A DNA stretch of 64,000 nt from Tubiluchus corallicola (GCA_030141605.1 JAQGDQ010000312.1:207445-271444), one strand, 5' to 3'; shown: positions 36,101 through 50,848, counted from the stretch's first letter. Translations and numbers: made by a program. The notes: generated from the letters alone by a model not told the origin.

Positions 36101-36509
36101 AGTAGCGGCTCTCACAGTTTATATCTTTGTCTATTAACTCTTCTAGACACTAATATTAACACAAGATATTATGTGTAAATAGTACAAATACGTGTAAATA
36201 TGTTCTATTAATAAATAAATAAATCATGTTCTGAATACTAAACAGATATAATTATTGAAATTCTCTATTATTAATAGTGCAATTATACTTAATATTAAGT
36301 GATAGAATCAGTACAAAATATGTTAATATATTAATATTGTTAATAAAAGTACACAATATATGATATAATAGTCCTATGTGCTGGACTGTACATGTATGGC
36401 TCGTTCATGAGTTTGAGATGCAACCAAAGCAAGCCCTAGATTACATTCGGCAAAATAAATTTATGTAAATTAGCTCATTAATTATGCAAGAAATTTGACA
36501 CCGACTCCA

Positions 36510-36992
<483 letters not shown>

Positions 36993-37744
36993 CTTATAGA
37001 TTATTTTCGTTCTATTAAGGCACCTATTAAATTTTGTGACAAGTCAACTTGCTTTCATGTTAATTTACAATTTATTGTAATCTGTGCATTTCTTTTCATC
37101 TTCTTTGTACGCTATGTATCTATGTATGTAGAAACATGAATGATAAATACTTGTAAATAACAAATAAATAAATAATAAATAAGTAATGCATAAATCCGCG
37201 AGACAACACTGCCTGTCGACCGAAAGCCTGCAGAACCTGAAATCGACAAAAGGTGGCAGCACATTCCAATGCAAAGTAGTTTACAAGTTTTGATTGCAAG
37301 CAAAAAAAGTTTGTCAATTTCTTAGGGGAAAGAACAAGTCACTCAGTAAGTTGGGTTTATTTTACTGTTATCGCTTAAACTTGGAAAAATAACAAAGAAA
37401 TTTGCAAAGAAATGTTCCTTAAAACATAAATTTAAAATACACTACCTCTGAATAGAAATTGTCTGGCCGCCATTCACTTGGAAATCATGGCGTCATTGGC
37501 AGACTTCGTGAGTTTTCGTAAGCACGTCAAAAAGTAAGCGTGGCCAGGTCACGTGATTTAGGCGAAAGTGTTAAAATGAGGTTGCAACAAAATGTATTTT
37601 CTAGGTAATCAAACAGAATTCGGCAATAACAAAATTATGATTTTGAGACAAAGACAAGTCAGAAAAGATTTGTCACAGTCGACACTTGCAGTTTTGGTTA
37701 TAATGCAGAATCTTAAATTTAATCTTAGTTGATCTTAATCTTAA

Positions 37745-38048
37745 TCACGTGACATGTGAGTAAAGCAAAGCCGTCTGTGGCGTCAGTTCAGTAACTTTAG
37801 TTGTTTTACGTGGACTTTACTTAATTATGCATTATTCTGTGCGTACAGTGATTTACTAGCAGCATCTTGCTTGGGAACAAGAAAAAATGAACTAGGTTAG
37901 GTTCTAGCTAGCTGTTAAAACTGTTACTGTTACAATAGCATGGACTGTGACGCATTGTCAAGCGTACACAAATGCGTTGTCTGGTACACTTAACCTTTGA
38001 CCTTTTTACGATCATCATCAATCGCTGGAACTGTGAGAAGGCTGATTA
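37745..38048 (-). mobile_element. Inverted copy of the 26663 MITE family
   Basis: acgatcatcatcaatcgctggaac is the reverse complement of 26679-26702; similarity runs ~290 bp. Confidence 0.8.
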
Positions 38049-38263
38049 AGCTGAAACCTATGTTTTCTTACTGTCATTGAAGAGTGTGTTAGAGCTCTCA
38101 TTCCTTGCTGGTCTCGGACTCCCTATTGTGGTATTTTACAAAAGTTTATCCAAATGTTTCTCCATCACTGAACACACGTGAACGTTGCCATTGGATGGGG
38201 ATACTTCAGTTTTCATTCTGCTAAATCATGGCTCTAGTTCACATCTCATTGTTAATAGCTCAT

Positions 38264-38605
38264 TAGGGGTGAGCATTCTCTATCAGAAACCGAATTCCAG
38301 TCGAATCGAATTTCAGTATTTCGAATCCGAGTTGAATTCGAATTGAGTTTCGAAGTTTTCGAACCACTAGTAAAAAGTGGTCTTACATAGATCATGCATG
38401 TTACTTGATTTTGTACTGCAACAAAACTACTATTAGTTTGTCGAAAATTTTGCACAGAAACTGCAGCTAAATTATGCTAATTGCAAACTGTTTCAAACGT
38501 TTTAATAAAAAAAGAACGTATGTGACCGAAGTGCCGAATTATTCGAATCTATAATTTTAGGCTCGAATCGAACGTTCGAACTCGAATATTCAATGCCCAC
38601 TTCTA
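38264..38605. mobile_element. Degenerate hAT-like MITE with TCGAA subterminal repeats
   Basis: Imperfect TIRs TAGGGGTGAGCATT / AATGCCCACTTCTA; many ttcgaa motifs; no clean TSD. Confidence 0.55.
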
Positions 38606-39323
38606 TCTTGTCTCATGTTTGACCTCCTGCCATTAGTTGCTTCCACTTTTCAAGGCTTGTGATCTAACTCCTTAGGGAGCAGAATGACTCCTCTTGACGG
38701 GCTTCATGTTATTTGTTTGTCTCAACCTGTAAAATGAAGCCCGTGAAGAAAGCTTAACCTTGATTATTCATCTCCCAGTTGAGGGGTCATCCTGTTGTAA
38801 CTATACCACACCCATCTTATTGCATTCCCATCGTGCTTTCGGGTTTTTATTTAAAAAAACTGTTTTACTAAAAGTGGAAACAAAATTGATTATCACAATG
38901 CTACGAATTACTCAGTGCTTGCATATTGCTACTTGAGAAAAGGGGTATTAGTGTCTCTTGTGGCAACAGGACCACTTGAAAGAGAAGATATATTTAGATG
39001 AGTGGTTTAGGGAATGGCTGCTAGCTGTAGCTAGTATACATCATAAAATAGGGGCTACGGCACAGGTTTGATTTGAAAAAACTAAAATTAGCTATTTAGG
39101 TTAAGCAATTTTATGCAAATAAGAAAAGAAATTTATACTGCACGATAGTTATACCGTAAAATGTGCGTTTAAAATTTGTTAGAAAAAGGTGTGCTGGTTT
39201 CACCACGAAATGGTTTGTAAAATTGACTCGTAATCCTTTGCCAATAATCCTCTCAAAGTTTGTGATCATTGATGGAAACAAGCCTATAGCTAATTTGTAT
39301 CTGTGATTTTTTACAACAAGCTT

Positions 39324-39790
<467 letters not shown>

Positions 39791-40309
39791 TCTGTATAAT
39801 GTGATTTTAGATTCTTTTTCCTGATTTCGTACTTGTTACGTTGTAGTATTTCATACATATTAGCTTCTGATTGGACAGCTGCAGTTTTAATGTGGAGACA
39901 CAGCTGAGTGGTCACGGTAGGTAAATAAATATTTATTTATTGTTGATGATATAAACTTGCAAATCTGTAAACAATAAATTATACATAAACAAGAGCATAG
40001 CGTACAGAGAAAAAAGTCCTTGTGCCGATTCTCGCTCACATACTCCCAGGTTTAATAAAGAAGTTCAGCACGCCGAATGCTGATCAGTGAATGGATAGTT
40101 AATCAGCGTACAGATTCAATACTTGATCAGGAAGTTTTGTTCGCCATACCGATTCTGGCTGTTTACTTCGTTCAGTAAGGATGTAATCGCATCTGCACGT
40201 CGCTAGACACCGTTGTTGGTTCAGTGGCTCATCTTAGAACTTTTTCTTGAAACGAACTAGATCCCGGTGCTGCCACTCTCAACAGTACTTAGTGGAGTCT
40301 ATCAAATTG

Positions 40310-40480
40310 TAAAAAAATAAACGGGTGAGCACGTGTGAAGGAGGCGAGTGAGTGGACGAGTGGAGAGAAGGATGGAATAAGTGATTGAGTGAAGGAAAAA
40401 AATTAACGGGTGAGCACGTGTGAAGGAGGTGAGTGAGCGGACGAGTGGAGAGAAGGATAGAATAAGTGATTGAGTGAACG
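40310..40480. repeat. Two tandem ~85-bp copies
   Basis: aacgggtgagcacgtgtgaaggagg at 40320 and 40405. Confidence 0.85.
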
Positions 40481-41049
40481 AAGTAAACACGGTTCCAATG
40501 AGAAATCCTAATCAGCCCTGCGTTGAATTCAAGCACGACGTCTTCGCTCTGCCGATATTAAACATCGGAAAACTTTCATAACTCTTTCGCTAATTTGTTT
40601 TTTAACCGTCGCCGCCGCCGCATTTATAAAATCCTTCCCTTTTCCGACTGGTTCAAGCAGCATATGATTTCCCTTGCGAATTTGGAAGCGATAAATTCGT
40701 TTTATTTATACCGCGTCAGCCGCGTCACTGTCAACTTTGTAATATTTCCATTCAATTCATGCAGAACTAGTTTATATTAATTTCTTTTTCTTCATTCTCA
40801 ATGCAAATAAAACGGTTCAAGACGCTTTGTCGATTACGTCGGTCAATTTTTCCACACTTGTTACACAGAATTCATTCTAGACGCTGTCATTTAACGCATC
40901 GTAACATCGGCCATTAATCATATTTTCTATTTTTATATCTATGGTTGTAAAGGGATCGGCCATTGACTTGCGGGGACGGCTTTATTGATGCGTTATAAAG
41001 TGCGTTTTGTGCGTTTGATGGCGCACAATTAAGCGCGCTTACAAGAAAC

Positions 41050-42370
41050 AAACTGTCGAATCATAAAGAGTGGAAAAGAGCCGGACTTTGCTAAATTGTT
41101 TTATCATGTAGCGGAATCGAAGCCATTAATGGCTACCAGAGTTTAATGTGTCGCGGTACTTACAGAGAATGACCGAGAGCTTATATATAATAGCTGTCGA
41201 GAAGCTTTATCAAAACAAGACGTCTTCTACACTTGCTGATGGTTTAGTCATGCTTTGTAAGAACTTTTTATGCGTATTGATTAAAGGAAAGGGTAACACT
41301 TCTGGGAAGTTAGGCTTATTTCAACATTGGAGGAAAATGTTAGAAAGATTTGGTAATAAAAGTGCGATAAGCGCATCGTGTAATTAGTAAAATCAGTTTA
41401 AAGTCGCGATCATTTCCACTTGGGCGCTCCTATTTTGAACGCACATTCTTCCACCAATGACGTCATTCATCCACTAAAGAAAAGCAGCTTTCTGTCAATT
41501 TCAGTTAAAAGTATAAGTTTTACAAAAGAATAGATAGCTAGTTTTGTGATATTTTTGGATGAACACTAGGTAAGCTGCTGAAATTTGAATGCGGAAAGCA
41601 ACGATGCGTTAGGAAAAGTCAAGAAGTCACGAAGTCCACCAGTTACGTCATAATTTTCAAGTGAATGTTTTCCTAGGTTCAAGCGAACATCCAAAATGAC
41701 TTGTCTTTTCCTTTAAAGAGAATGGCTGAAAGATTACATATAATAGTTGCAATACAGAAACTTTACAGCAAAACATAACGCAAATTTATAATGTAGGTCA
41801 AAACAATCTACTTTTTAAAATATTTGACTTGAAGAATAACTTAAAAGAATGAGTTACGTCAATTATTACAACGCAAACGCAATTTCACCTTCACGTCACT
41901 AGTTTTTCGCTGTCACATGAATTTCGTCATGCGCTAGTTACAGATGTACTAGCACCTGCATTTTGGAAACGCATTGCATAAAAAACAGATGCCGTACCTC
42001 TCAGTTCAGATGTGTTAGTTTGTGACGAACTACACGGGTTCGACAGCTCATGCGTGAGCACGACAGCAAATTTTAAATTTGAATTTTTATCTTAAAACTT
42101 GCCTAGTTATAGTACAACACACTAAATGTCTTACAGTAGCACTGTACTTCAATTTTCTCTTTCCGAAACACGTGCAACACGCTCGTGGAATATTTTTGAT
42201 GTTGAAAATTATGTTAGTTTGTGGTGTCATCAATAATTGGGTTCGCCAGCCATTGATTAAGACTTTAATCTATTATTTAATTATCAGAAACGCTTTCGCA
42301 GTATTATTGGTGTTAAAATGTATACGTTTTATTAGAGTTGAAAAAGGGATGGTATGTGAAAAGTCATCCT
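41050..42370 (-). mobile_element. Longest copy of the dispersed family, joining the 31235-32078 and 25830-26340 modules in inverted orientation
   Basis: Direct reverse-complement matches to both regions. Confidence 0.75.
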
Positions 42371-42701
42371 CTCTTCCTTTAAACGATTACATTAATTTTT
42401 CGTTTTGATTAATTTGGAGTCAAAAATTTCCTTGAATGCTTGAATAGTTATTATAAACTTAATATCAAAATTATTATTAATTATGTTACAAACGCACGAT
42501 TAGTTGAACTTTGATATAAAACTCGAAAAACGTGAAAAAATCGGAATGCTCCTCGGATTTGAACTAGTGTACCAGTGGATCCACAAAAAAACATTTCAAA
42601 AATCTAATTCATCGAACGACGATTTAATCCACGTATTCTGCATAGAAGCTGCACAGTTAATAACTAGTCTTACATACGTAATTGGTCTCTGACTAAACTA
42701 A

Positions 42702-43247
42702 GAGCGAGTTCAGACTAACGAGTTTTCTCGCCAAATAACGCGGCAAGTAGCTCGCAAACGTGTTCAGACTAGAGAGCAGAACTTGCTGCGAGTTACTCTC
42801 TGACAGTAAGCATGAGCTGATACTCATTTCTCTATTCACTGCAAGAAGTGTCGAGAGTAACTCACCGAGTAACTCGCAAGTATGTTCAGACTAGACCAAA
42901 ACTTGCTGCGAGTTACTCTCTGACAGTAAGCACGAGCTGACTCTCACTTCTCTATTAACTGTGAGAAATGTCGAGATTAACTCACCGCGTAACTCGCAAG
43001 CGTGTTCAGACTAGAGAGCAGAACTTGCTGCGAGTTACTTTCTGACAGTAAGCGTAAGCTGATACTCACTTCTCTGTTCACTGTGAGAAGTGTCGAGAGT
43101 AACTCACCGAGGCGTTCACACTAGACAGTAAATCAATTCGCGGCAACTGTCGAAGAATTTACAATTTCTTGCCAGCAGTAACTCGCAAAGTAGTTGACAC
43201 TTGTGAGTTTGATGTCACAAGGAAAACTCGCTAGTCTGAATGTGCCT
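42702..43247. mobile_element. PIF/Harbinger-like MITE with ~120-bp internal tandem repeats
   Basis: Imperfect TIRs ..TTCAGACTAACGAGTTTTC / GAAAACTCGCTAGTCTGAA..; TAA/TCA flanks; gttcagactag...aacttgctgcgagttact three times. Confidence 0.75.
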
Positions 43248-44250
43248 TCAGTCTCTGACTAGACTACCTATACTGTGTGAAAGGGGCAACACGCTACAGA
43301 CCTACAGAACCTGTAACAACAGGACAAGTCTACGCTGCGGAAATATAAATGAAATTTCAAAATTCAGCAGCCAAGCAATTCAATTCTGATTTTTTTTATA
43401 TGAAGCATTATCAGTTTAATAATTAATGCAATCAGTGTAAAAATTATTGTAATAATTAAGTTTGTGAAATGTTAATATATTTTTGAAGATTATTACAAAA
43501 TTTTAAATTAAATTAGCCATTTCAAATGCATTTCTCTTTTTACTTGTTTCTTTACTATTTTCCTTTCTGTCTTTCCTTTCGGGTACTTGGTGCTCAATGT
43601 CGGGTTTATTTTTTTGCACGCAGACATATCTAATTTTGATTTGTGAAAACTGTGTCTTTATTTTGAAGAATAAATACGTTATTACTAAATGTATACAGGG
43701 TGCTTGAGAAAAACGTGCCCCCAAACTAATTGCACGCATTGATAAAACACACCCGCACTACAGTATAGCACGGTCCCTCCTCTTTCCAAAGAGGTCTCCC
43801 AGCTAAAATGCTTTTTTACATGGCGGTCTGGCAGAGAGCAAAAACGAACATTTCTGGAGGTTTTCAACATACTAGCAACATTTTAGAATCAACATCGAGC
43901 CTCTTGACCGCTGGACAAAACAGAATCCATAAGTCTTTTAACTAAACATAGTTTAGGACTAACGGATAATTCACTGAAATTCAAAACACCTGAACATCTA
44001 ACATACAGATGCAACAAACTAGACGTTAACCAAAGAAAACACCTGTTATAAACCCTGCAGGTGGAAGGCATAACCAACGTGTTTGTAAAAAAACAAGCAT
44101 TAAATGAAGTTCTAGTTAATTTTGCGAGAGACGGTTTTATCTTATTAGTTCGTAAAAGTATGTAAACGGGTTAAATGCATAATACGATAAAAATTTTAGC
44201 TCACCCAAACTTATGTATATATATATATATTTATACATATATGTATAACC

Positions 44251-44364
44251 GACCATATCACGTTGAAAACACCGGTTCTCGTCTGATCACCGAAGTTAAG
44301 CAACGTAGAGTCTCGTTAGTACTTGGATGGGTGACCGCCTAGGAATGCCAGGTGCTGTAGGCTT
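44251..44364 (+). pseudogene. 5S rRNA-derived sequence (head of a SINE)
   Basis: gaccatatcacgttgaaaacaccggttctcgtctgatcaccgaagttaagcaacg...gttagtacttggatgggtgaccgcct...gtgctgtaggctt; first ~5-6 nt missing; no oligo-T terminator. Confidence 0.92.
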
Positions 44365-44796
44365 GCGGGATGCCCACACTGTATCTCGACACTAGGTGGA
44401 GGAGCTGTACAAGCAGCCAACGGCTAGAGGGCGGAGGAGGTCAAGTGACACAATGGCCATGTGTAGAGGAGTAAACCTTCCAAATCAGGAGTGGAGCCCC
44501 GAAGGCGGACCAGTGCAGCATGCTCACTGACTCCGGCAGCTCCTGCAGCCAACCTGGTGCTAAACGTATCGCTCCGCTTTCCTCTGGACTACACCAGCGA
44601 GGAAGAGAGGGGGTTCCTGTTGTCTGGGCACCTCAGGATCTCCATACACCTTGCCCAGGCGTGCGCCCTGGAGACGTTCAAGGATCGGATTGCTCAGCGA
44701 CAGTCGACGCTGCAATTCCATCAATGTGATCAATAACTGACTCTCTTGGCGCACACTCCATTGTCTTCCAAGACAGAAGGATGCCAACAACAACAA
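44251..44796 (+). mobile_element. 5S-derived SINE (SINE3) with GC-rich body and RTE-type (CAA)n tail
   Basis: 5S head, ~410-bp body, tail gacagaaggatgc(caa)4; TSD TGTATAACC at 44242-44250 and 44799-44807. Confidence 0.85.
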
Positions 44797-44971
44797 TGTG
44801 TATAACCAAGGCAAAATTTATTCTGATTTAATCATAAATTTGAGCAAAGTCGTAGTTCTTATATATTTGTAAGTAAAGCGAGCGTGTAGAAAAGTTTGTC
44901 ATTTTTAATACTTTCCTAATAGTGTAATCTAAATAATCCCAGTGAATGAATTCTGTTATTATGGACCTTAA

Positions 44972-47900
44972 GAGTCATTCCGTGAGAAAATCAGCAAAAT
45001 AGTGGAAGGTGACAAATCACCGATTTTGTTCATATTCACAGGGTTTGATGGTCCCCTCAGATGTACTCCACAGCCAAAATATTAGATTTCAGAAATGAGC
45101 CGTTTCTGAGAAAAGCCGCCATTTTGATTTTTTTCGGATTTTGGCCATTTTGGCGTAAAAAATTGCCCATTATTTCTCACGTTATTACAGACAGTAAATG
45201 AGCGATCCAGCACTAGTTAGTTGGTGATATATATAGTAGGGGTCTTGCCCTACCGTACCATTATCGTTGCCAAATTGAACCTCCTTTTCAGTTGGTGTCA
45301 TAAGATTGCAAATGATACGTGTCTGCTGCTGCTGAATTTAGACGCCATTTTGAAATCCCCGTAACTCCACTGGGGCGGGTATTGGGGGACTAATCAATAT
45401 ATTTTTATTTGCAGCTTGACTAGTCCTACAAATGCATGAAATAAAATTTTGGCCAGCGATCTCCCAAGTGTCCAGAATTTTTAGCCAAAGTTGCTCTTTT
45501 TTGCCATTTTCACAACCTTGACCTATATTTAGCTATTCGCCTTTGGATGACGGTGTTGCCATTAGAATCGATACAAAGTGCAGCAACGTCAATGTTTATA
45601 GTAGTAATGGACTGGCTTTAGATGTCTGGGCACTCCTAGCAACCAGGCCCCTCATCAGGGGCCGCATTCCCTTCGAAGGGCCCCTGTGACGATTATAACA
45701 TAGTGATTTTTATAATCTGTATAAAACACGGAATAGTTTCATGTACATAATAACAGTTTCGTGTACAAGTGCTCGGGCTATATACCTATGGCCCGTGGAT
45801 CAATACGGGGGCCTCGGGAGGGCCCCACTGTCTTGATTGAAAAATAGACTTCAGTCAAAAAGGTTTAGTGTCGCTTTGCTAAACAAGATTCTAAAGTAAG
45901 GCGGACAAGGCGAGGCAAGGCACTATTTGTGAAATTGTGTTGAAACCGCCGCGAGCATCGAATATAACATATTGCGAGCCAATTTTTAAAACGCGCACAG
46001 CTTTGTGTGGTCTTGTATTCAACAGGCGAATAGCTGTCAGTCCCTGATATTTTTCCTCAAATCAATTCGAGTTAATAGTTAGTTAGTTACTAATACCTTG
46101 GTGTGGCAACTTTGGCAGCTTCGACAACCAGACTTCTGCTTACTAACAACGGGCATTAACAAAAAAACTGGTTAAGAAACGCAGCAAAGGCCAGTACGAC
46201 CCTGCCTCGGACTCTGTGTAACGTATGTTTCAAGCCATTCGCTCATATTGTATTTAACCGCCAGGTTTCCACCGTCTCGTAAAGATATACGCATATACAC
46301 CGACTACCATATTCAACTAAACTCTAACGAGAATCAGGGCGCTGACGCTTATAATCGCAAATTTTCAAAATAAAAAAAAGACAACAACAAATTCTTTACG
46401 TCCACGACTATTTTTTATTCGCCAATATTCAAAGAAAAGTCGCACTATAGTAAATAATAATAAGCTAATAATTGATAATACATACAGTAAGCTGCTACTA
46501 TGTGTTGCTATGGTAACCTCCTTATCAAAAGAGACACAGAGAGACAGAGAGAGACACAGAGAGACAGAGAGAAACACAGAGAGACAGAGAGAGACACAGA
46601 GAGGCAGAGAGACAGAGAGAGTTACAGAGAGACAGAGAGAGACACAGAGAGACACATAGAGACACAGAGAGAGACAGAGACAGAGACACACAGAGACAGA
46701 GAGAGACACAGAGAGACAGAAAGAGACAGAGAAAGACACAGAGAGACGGAAAGAGACACAGAGAGACAGAGAGAGAGAGACAGAGACACACAGAGAGACA
46801 GAGAGAGAGACACAGAGAGACAGAGAGAGACAGAGAGAGACACAGATAGAGACACCGAGAGACACACAGAGAGACACAGAGAGACAGAGACAGAGAGCCA
46901 GAGAGAGACACAGAGAGACAGAGAGAGACACAGAGAGACAGAGAAAGACACAGAGAGACAGAGAGAGAGACACAGAGACAGAGAGACAGAGAGAGAGAGA
47001 GACGGAGAGAGAGAAAGACAGAGAGATAGAGAGAGACATAGAGAGACACAGAGAGACAGAGACAGAGAGAGACACAGAGAGACAGAGACACAGAGAGACA
47101 GAGCGAGACAGAGAGAGAGACAGATAGAGACACAGAGAGACAAAGAGAGACACAGAGAGAGACAGAGACACAGAGAGACACAGAGAGAAGAGACACAGAG
47201 AGACAGAGAGAGACAGGCAGAGACAGAGAGAGACACAGACAGACAGAGAGAGACACAGAGAGACAGAGAGAGAGACAGAAAGAGACAGAGTGAGACACAG
47301 AGAGACACAGAGAGGCAGAGAGAGACACGGAGAGAGACACAGAGAGACAGTGAGAGAGACACAGAGAGATGCAGAGAGGCAGAGAGAGACACAGAGAGAC
47401 ACAGAGAGATAGAGAGAGACACAGAGAGACAGTGACAGAGACACAGAAACACAGAGAGACATAGAGAGACACAGAGAGACAGACAGAGACAGAGACACAG
47501 AGAGACAGAGACACAGAGAGAGACACAGAGAGACAGAAAGAGACACAGAGAGACACAGAGAGACAGAGAGAGACAGGCAGAGACAGAGAGAGACACAGAC
47601 AGACAGAGAGAGACACAGAGAGACAGAGAGAGAGAAAGAAAGAGACAGAGTGAGACGCAGAGAGACAGAGAGAGACACGGAGAGAGACACAGAGAGGCAG
47701 AGAGAGACACAGTGAGACAGAGAGAGACACAGAGAGATAGAGAGAGACACAGAGAGACAGAGAGAGAGACACAGAGAGACACAGAGAGACAGAAACACAG
47801 AGAGACATAGAGAGACAGAGAGAGACACAGAGAGACAGACAGAGACGGAGACAGAGAGAGACACAGAGAGATAGAGAGAGACACAGAGAGACAGAGAGAG

Positions 47901-47982
47901 ACACGGAGAGACAGAGAGACAGAGAGACACAGAGAGACACAGAGAGACACAGAGAGAGCCACAGAGAGACAGTGAGAGACAC

Positions 47983-48013
<31 letters not shown>

Positions 48014-48962
48014 CACAGAGAGACAGAGAGAGAGACACAGAGAGATAGAGAGAGACAGAGAGAGACACAGAGAGACACAGAGAGACAGAGAGGGAGAAAG
48101 ACAGAGAGAGACAGAGTGAGACACAGAGAGACAGAGAGAGACAGAGAGAGACAGGGAGAGACACAGAGAGACACAGAGAGGCAGAGAGAGACACGGAGAG
48201 ACAGAGAGAGACACAGAGAGCAGGTGAGAGACGCAGAAAGACAGAGACAGAGACAGGGAGAGACAGAGAAAGACAAAGAGAGAGACACAGAGAGACACAG
48301 AGAGAGAGACACAGAGAGACAGAGAGAGAGACAGAAAGACAGAAACGGTAATTTATCGTTTCTTTTTGAAATTTTCATTTTTTTATTCAGAATTATGAAT
48401 AATTCGTACTAATTTTTTTCCGATTTAGGTCACATTCAAGATCGAATCTCGTCAATTTATGGACGAGCTGGCCAAAATTTTATTAATGATCTAAGTATGC
48501 CTGGTCAAGCTGTAAATAAACATATATTAATTATACTTCAAATACCCGCCCCAGTGGAGTTATGAGAATTTTAAAACAGGGTGTCATTCAGACTGTAGCA
48601 GACACGCATCTTTCATGAGCTCATGATACCTACTGAAAGAGAATCTCAATTCATCAAACTCAATGTGGCAATAGGGCAAGACCCCTACGATATATACCAC
48701 CCAGCAACTAGTCCTGGATCATTCATTTACTGCCTGTAATGATGTGACAAATATAGGTCATTTTTTTACGTCAAAATGGCCAAAATCCGAAAAAAATCAA
48801 AATGGCGGCCTATCTCCGAAACGGCTCATTTTTGATATCTAATATTTTGGCTGTGGGCTACATCTGAGGGGATCATCCGACCCTGTGAATATGAACAAAA
48901 TCGGTGATTTGTCACCTTCCACTATTTTTTGACTTTTGCATGGTTTTCTCGCGGAATGACTC
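44972..48962. mobile_element. Non-autonomous long-TIR DNA transposon with TTAA TSD (Kolobok-like)
   Basis: TTAA|GAGTCATTCCG...CGGAATGACTC|TTAA; imperfect inverted repeats extend ~400-490 bp (44972-~45460 vs ~48467-48962); no transposase ORF seen. Confidence 0.85.
46530..48345. repeat. 1.8-kb GA/CA compound microsatellite
   Basis: Seen directly. Confidence 0.97.
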
Positions 48963-50231
48963 TTAATACCGTGGTGAAGCAACCTTTATATTTACTGCAT
49001 GAAAGAGTGCAGTCAACCGTGGATGCGTCTTCGCTGCAAAAATTCCTAGTTTAGCACTGAAAAAATTACCCGCATTACTACAAGGACAGTGCACATCAGT
49101 TGTTGGAATTATTTTCTATTTTGTGCATTTGTCAGGAAGCTCTGTAGCATATGCTCTTTTTTTATTACTTACTGTATACACAAGCCTTGTGTTAACTGCC
49201 CAAAGAGTAGCCAACCTGTGATTGGGTAAAGCTATGGCTTATTTGCTAAATTTGCCGTTCTTCAATTTTTATTTGAATTTTGGAAAAAAATCAGCCAACA
49301 TGAAAGTAAATCGCATAAAAACAAAGCAAGTTCCGTTGTTCTATTCTTCATTTTCAGTCTATGGACAAAATTTTTGCGAACTAATAGATAAAGTAATTGG
49401 ATATAGTCACTTGCACTTGTAAGGAACCTCATACTAGCAGTGAATCGAGTTTCCTTACAATAAATGACTTTGGCGTTATTAGCACGCTAAAGTAATTTTT
49501 TGCACCTGGGAGCAAACTATGTGTGTTTACATAACATTAGCAAGTGAGCAATAAAATGAACAGATTTGATGTTTATAATTTTAAACCGTAAGAAAAATGC
49601 AAAAATATTATTAGCATTTTACCGTATTTTTAAGAATAGTCATTTTTTCTCACGCTATTTTAGTACGCCAAATTATTAAATTTGTATATACAATATGCAG
49701 CACAATGTGAAATTAAGGTGAATTATACAAAAATACGCTTCTGACTTCTAAACACGCTATGCAAAATCTGACAATAATGCAGAAACAAATTGCATTAAAG
49801 CTTGTGCGGAGGAAGAGTACCTAAGCCATATTTCAGCAAAAGACAAAATGGACGATACGGTTCGTTGTGGTATGTCAGAAATTTGAAACCAGTAAGACCT
49901 TTGTGTCCCATAATTAATGTTTGTGGTCACTTAAGTAAATTTCGGGATGCTGAATCAAAGAATGTTAAGCGCCATTTTTCATGCACATCTTTTGCAACCA
50001 TCATAAATTTAAAAAATGGCGGCCACTATTACTTAATAATTAAGCAGTTTTTTCTCGGTTCCTCGTAGAATTTTGAGTTAGGTTCACTTTTCACAAAATA
50101 TGGAGGTACGGTGGGCATGGGCTTATCATGTCATTATGGTATCCTCTGCTGATAGCTCTTTCCCGCCAATATATATATATACATATTATATATATATATA
50201 TATTATATATACAATATATATATAGTAATAT

Positions 50232-50660
50232 TACAACCGTATCCCCAAATTTGCAACTGTCTTTATGTCAGTCCAACAAAGTATATACTTAAAAAAGTTG
50301 GCGACATAACTGCACCCTGCCTGACACCGTTTCCTACTGTGATATTATCACACAAGCCCAGTCCTTGTGATATATATGTTTAACAAAAATAATAATATTA
50401 GCAAAGGAAATTTTTTGTATTGTAAAAAGCTTCATAATGCACCTATCAAATGCTTGTCTTGCATCTAGTAATGCAAATAGGACTCAGTTCCCCTATTTAG
50501 TTAACACTTGGTTGTCTCCTTCAGAAAAAAAATTGCACATTGTAGCTGACATTTTTGGCTTAAAACCGATTTTTTATATCGAATTTTATCAGATTGTTTT
50601 ATCATGTTAATTAGAGTGTTTTATGTTAGTGTAACCCAGTCTAGTATTTTCTAGCTGACC
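50232..50660 (-). mobile_element. Degenerate LINE RT fragment
   Basis: Minus-strand remnants LLDARQAFDR and GNGVRQGAVMSP. Confidence 0.65.
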
Positions 50661-50733
50661 ATTTCATTATTGGATTTACGACTATCTATGTGGCAAGTTT
50701 TCTTCACTGAGAATTATAGTATGATATTATTAC

Positions 50734-50848
50734 CTTCTCTTAAAACGTTCCTACGTGACTGAAATTCCAAAATAGCGAAGCTACCCATTATAATTATGGT
50801 AACACACAATATTTTTCTTGTTCGTAATCTTTTTATAAAATGTGCCAT
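50734..50848 (-). CDS. Candidate first coding exon with a type II membrane anchor
   Basis: aaaATGG context; MAHFIKRLRTRK-ILCVTIIIMGSFAIL-EFQSRRNVLRE; donor GAAG|GTAATA. No downstream exons identified. Confidence 0.3.

Noticed and set aside
44251-44364. Functional 5S rRNA gene
   Set aside because: 5'-truncated, no oligo-T terminator, single copy, and enclosed with a body and tail by a TSD.
45635-45665. Second hammerhead (CTGATGAG on the minus strand)
   Set aside because: No GAAA after a closing stem II; it looks more like a GC-rich MITE end.
46365-48412. Long SL/ER-rich ORFs (also 23809-24429, 27066-27795, 32258-32725, 35338-36178, 36495-37139)
   Set aside because: They are translations of microsatellites that lack stop codons.
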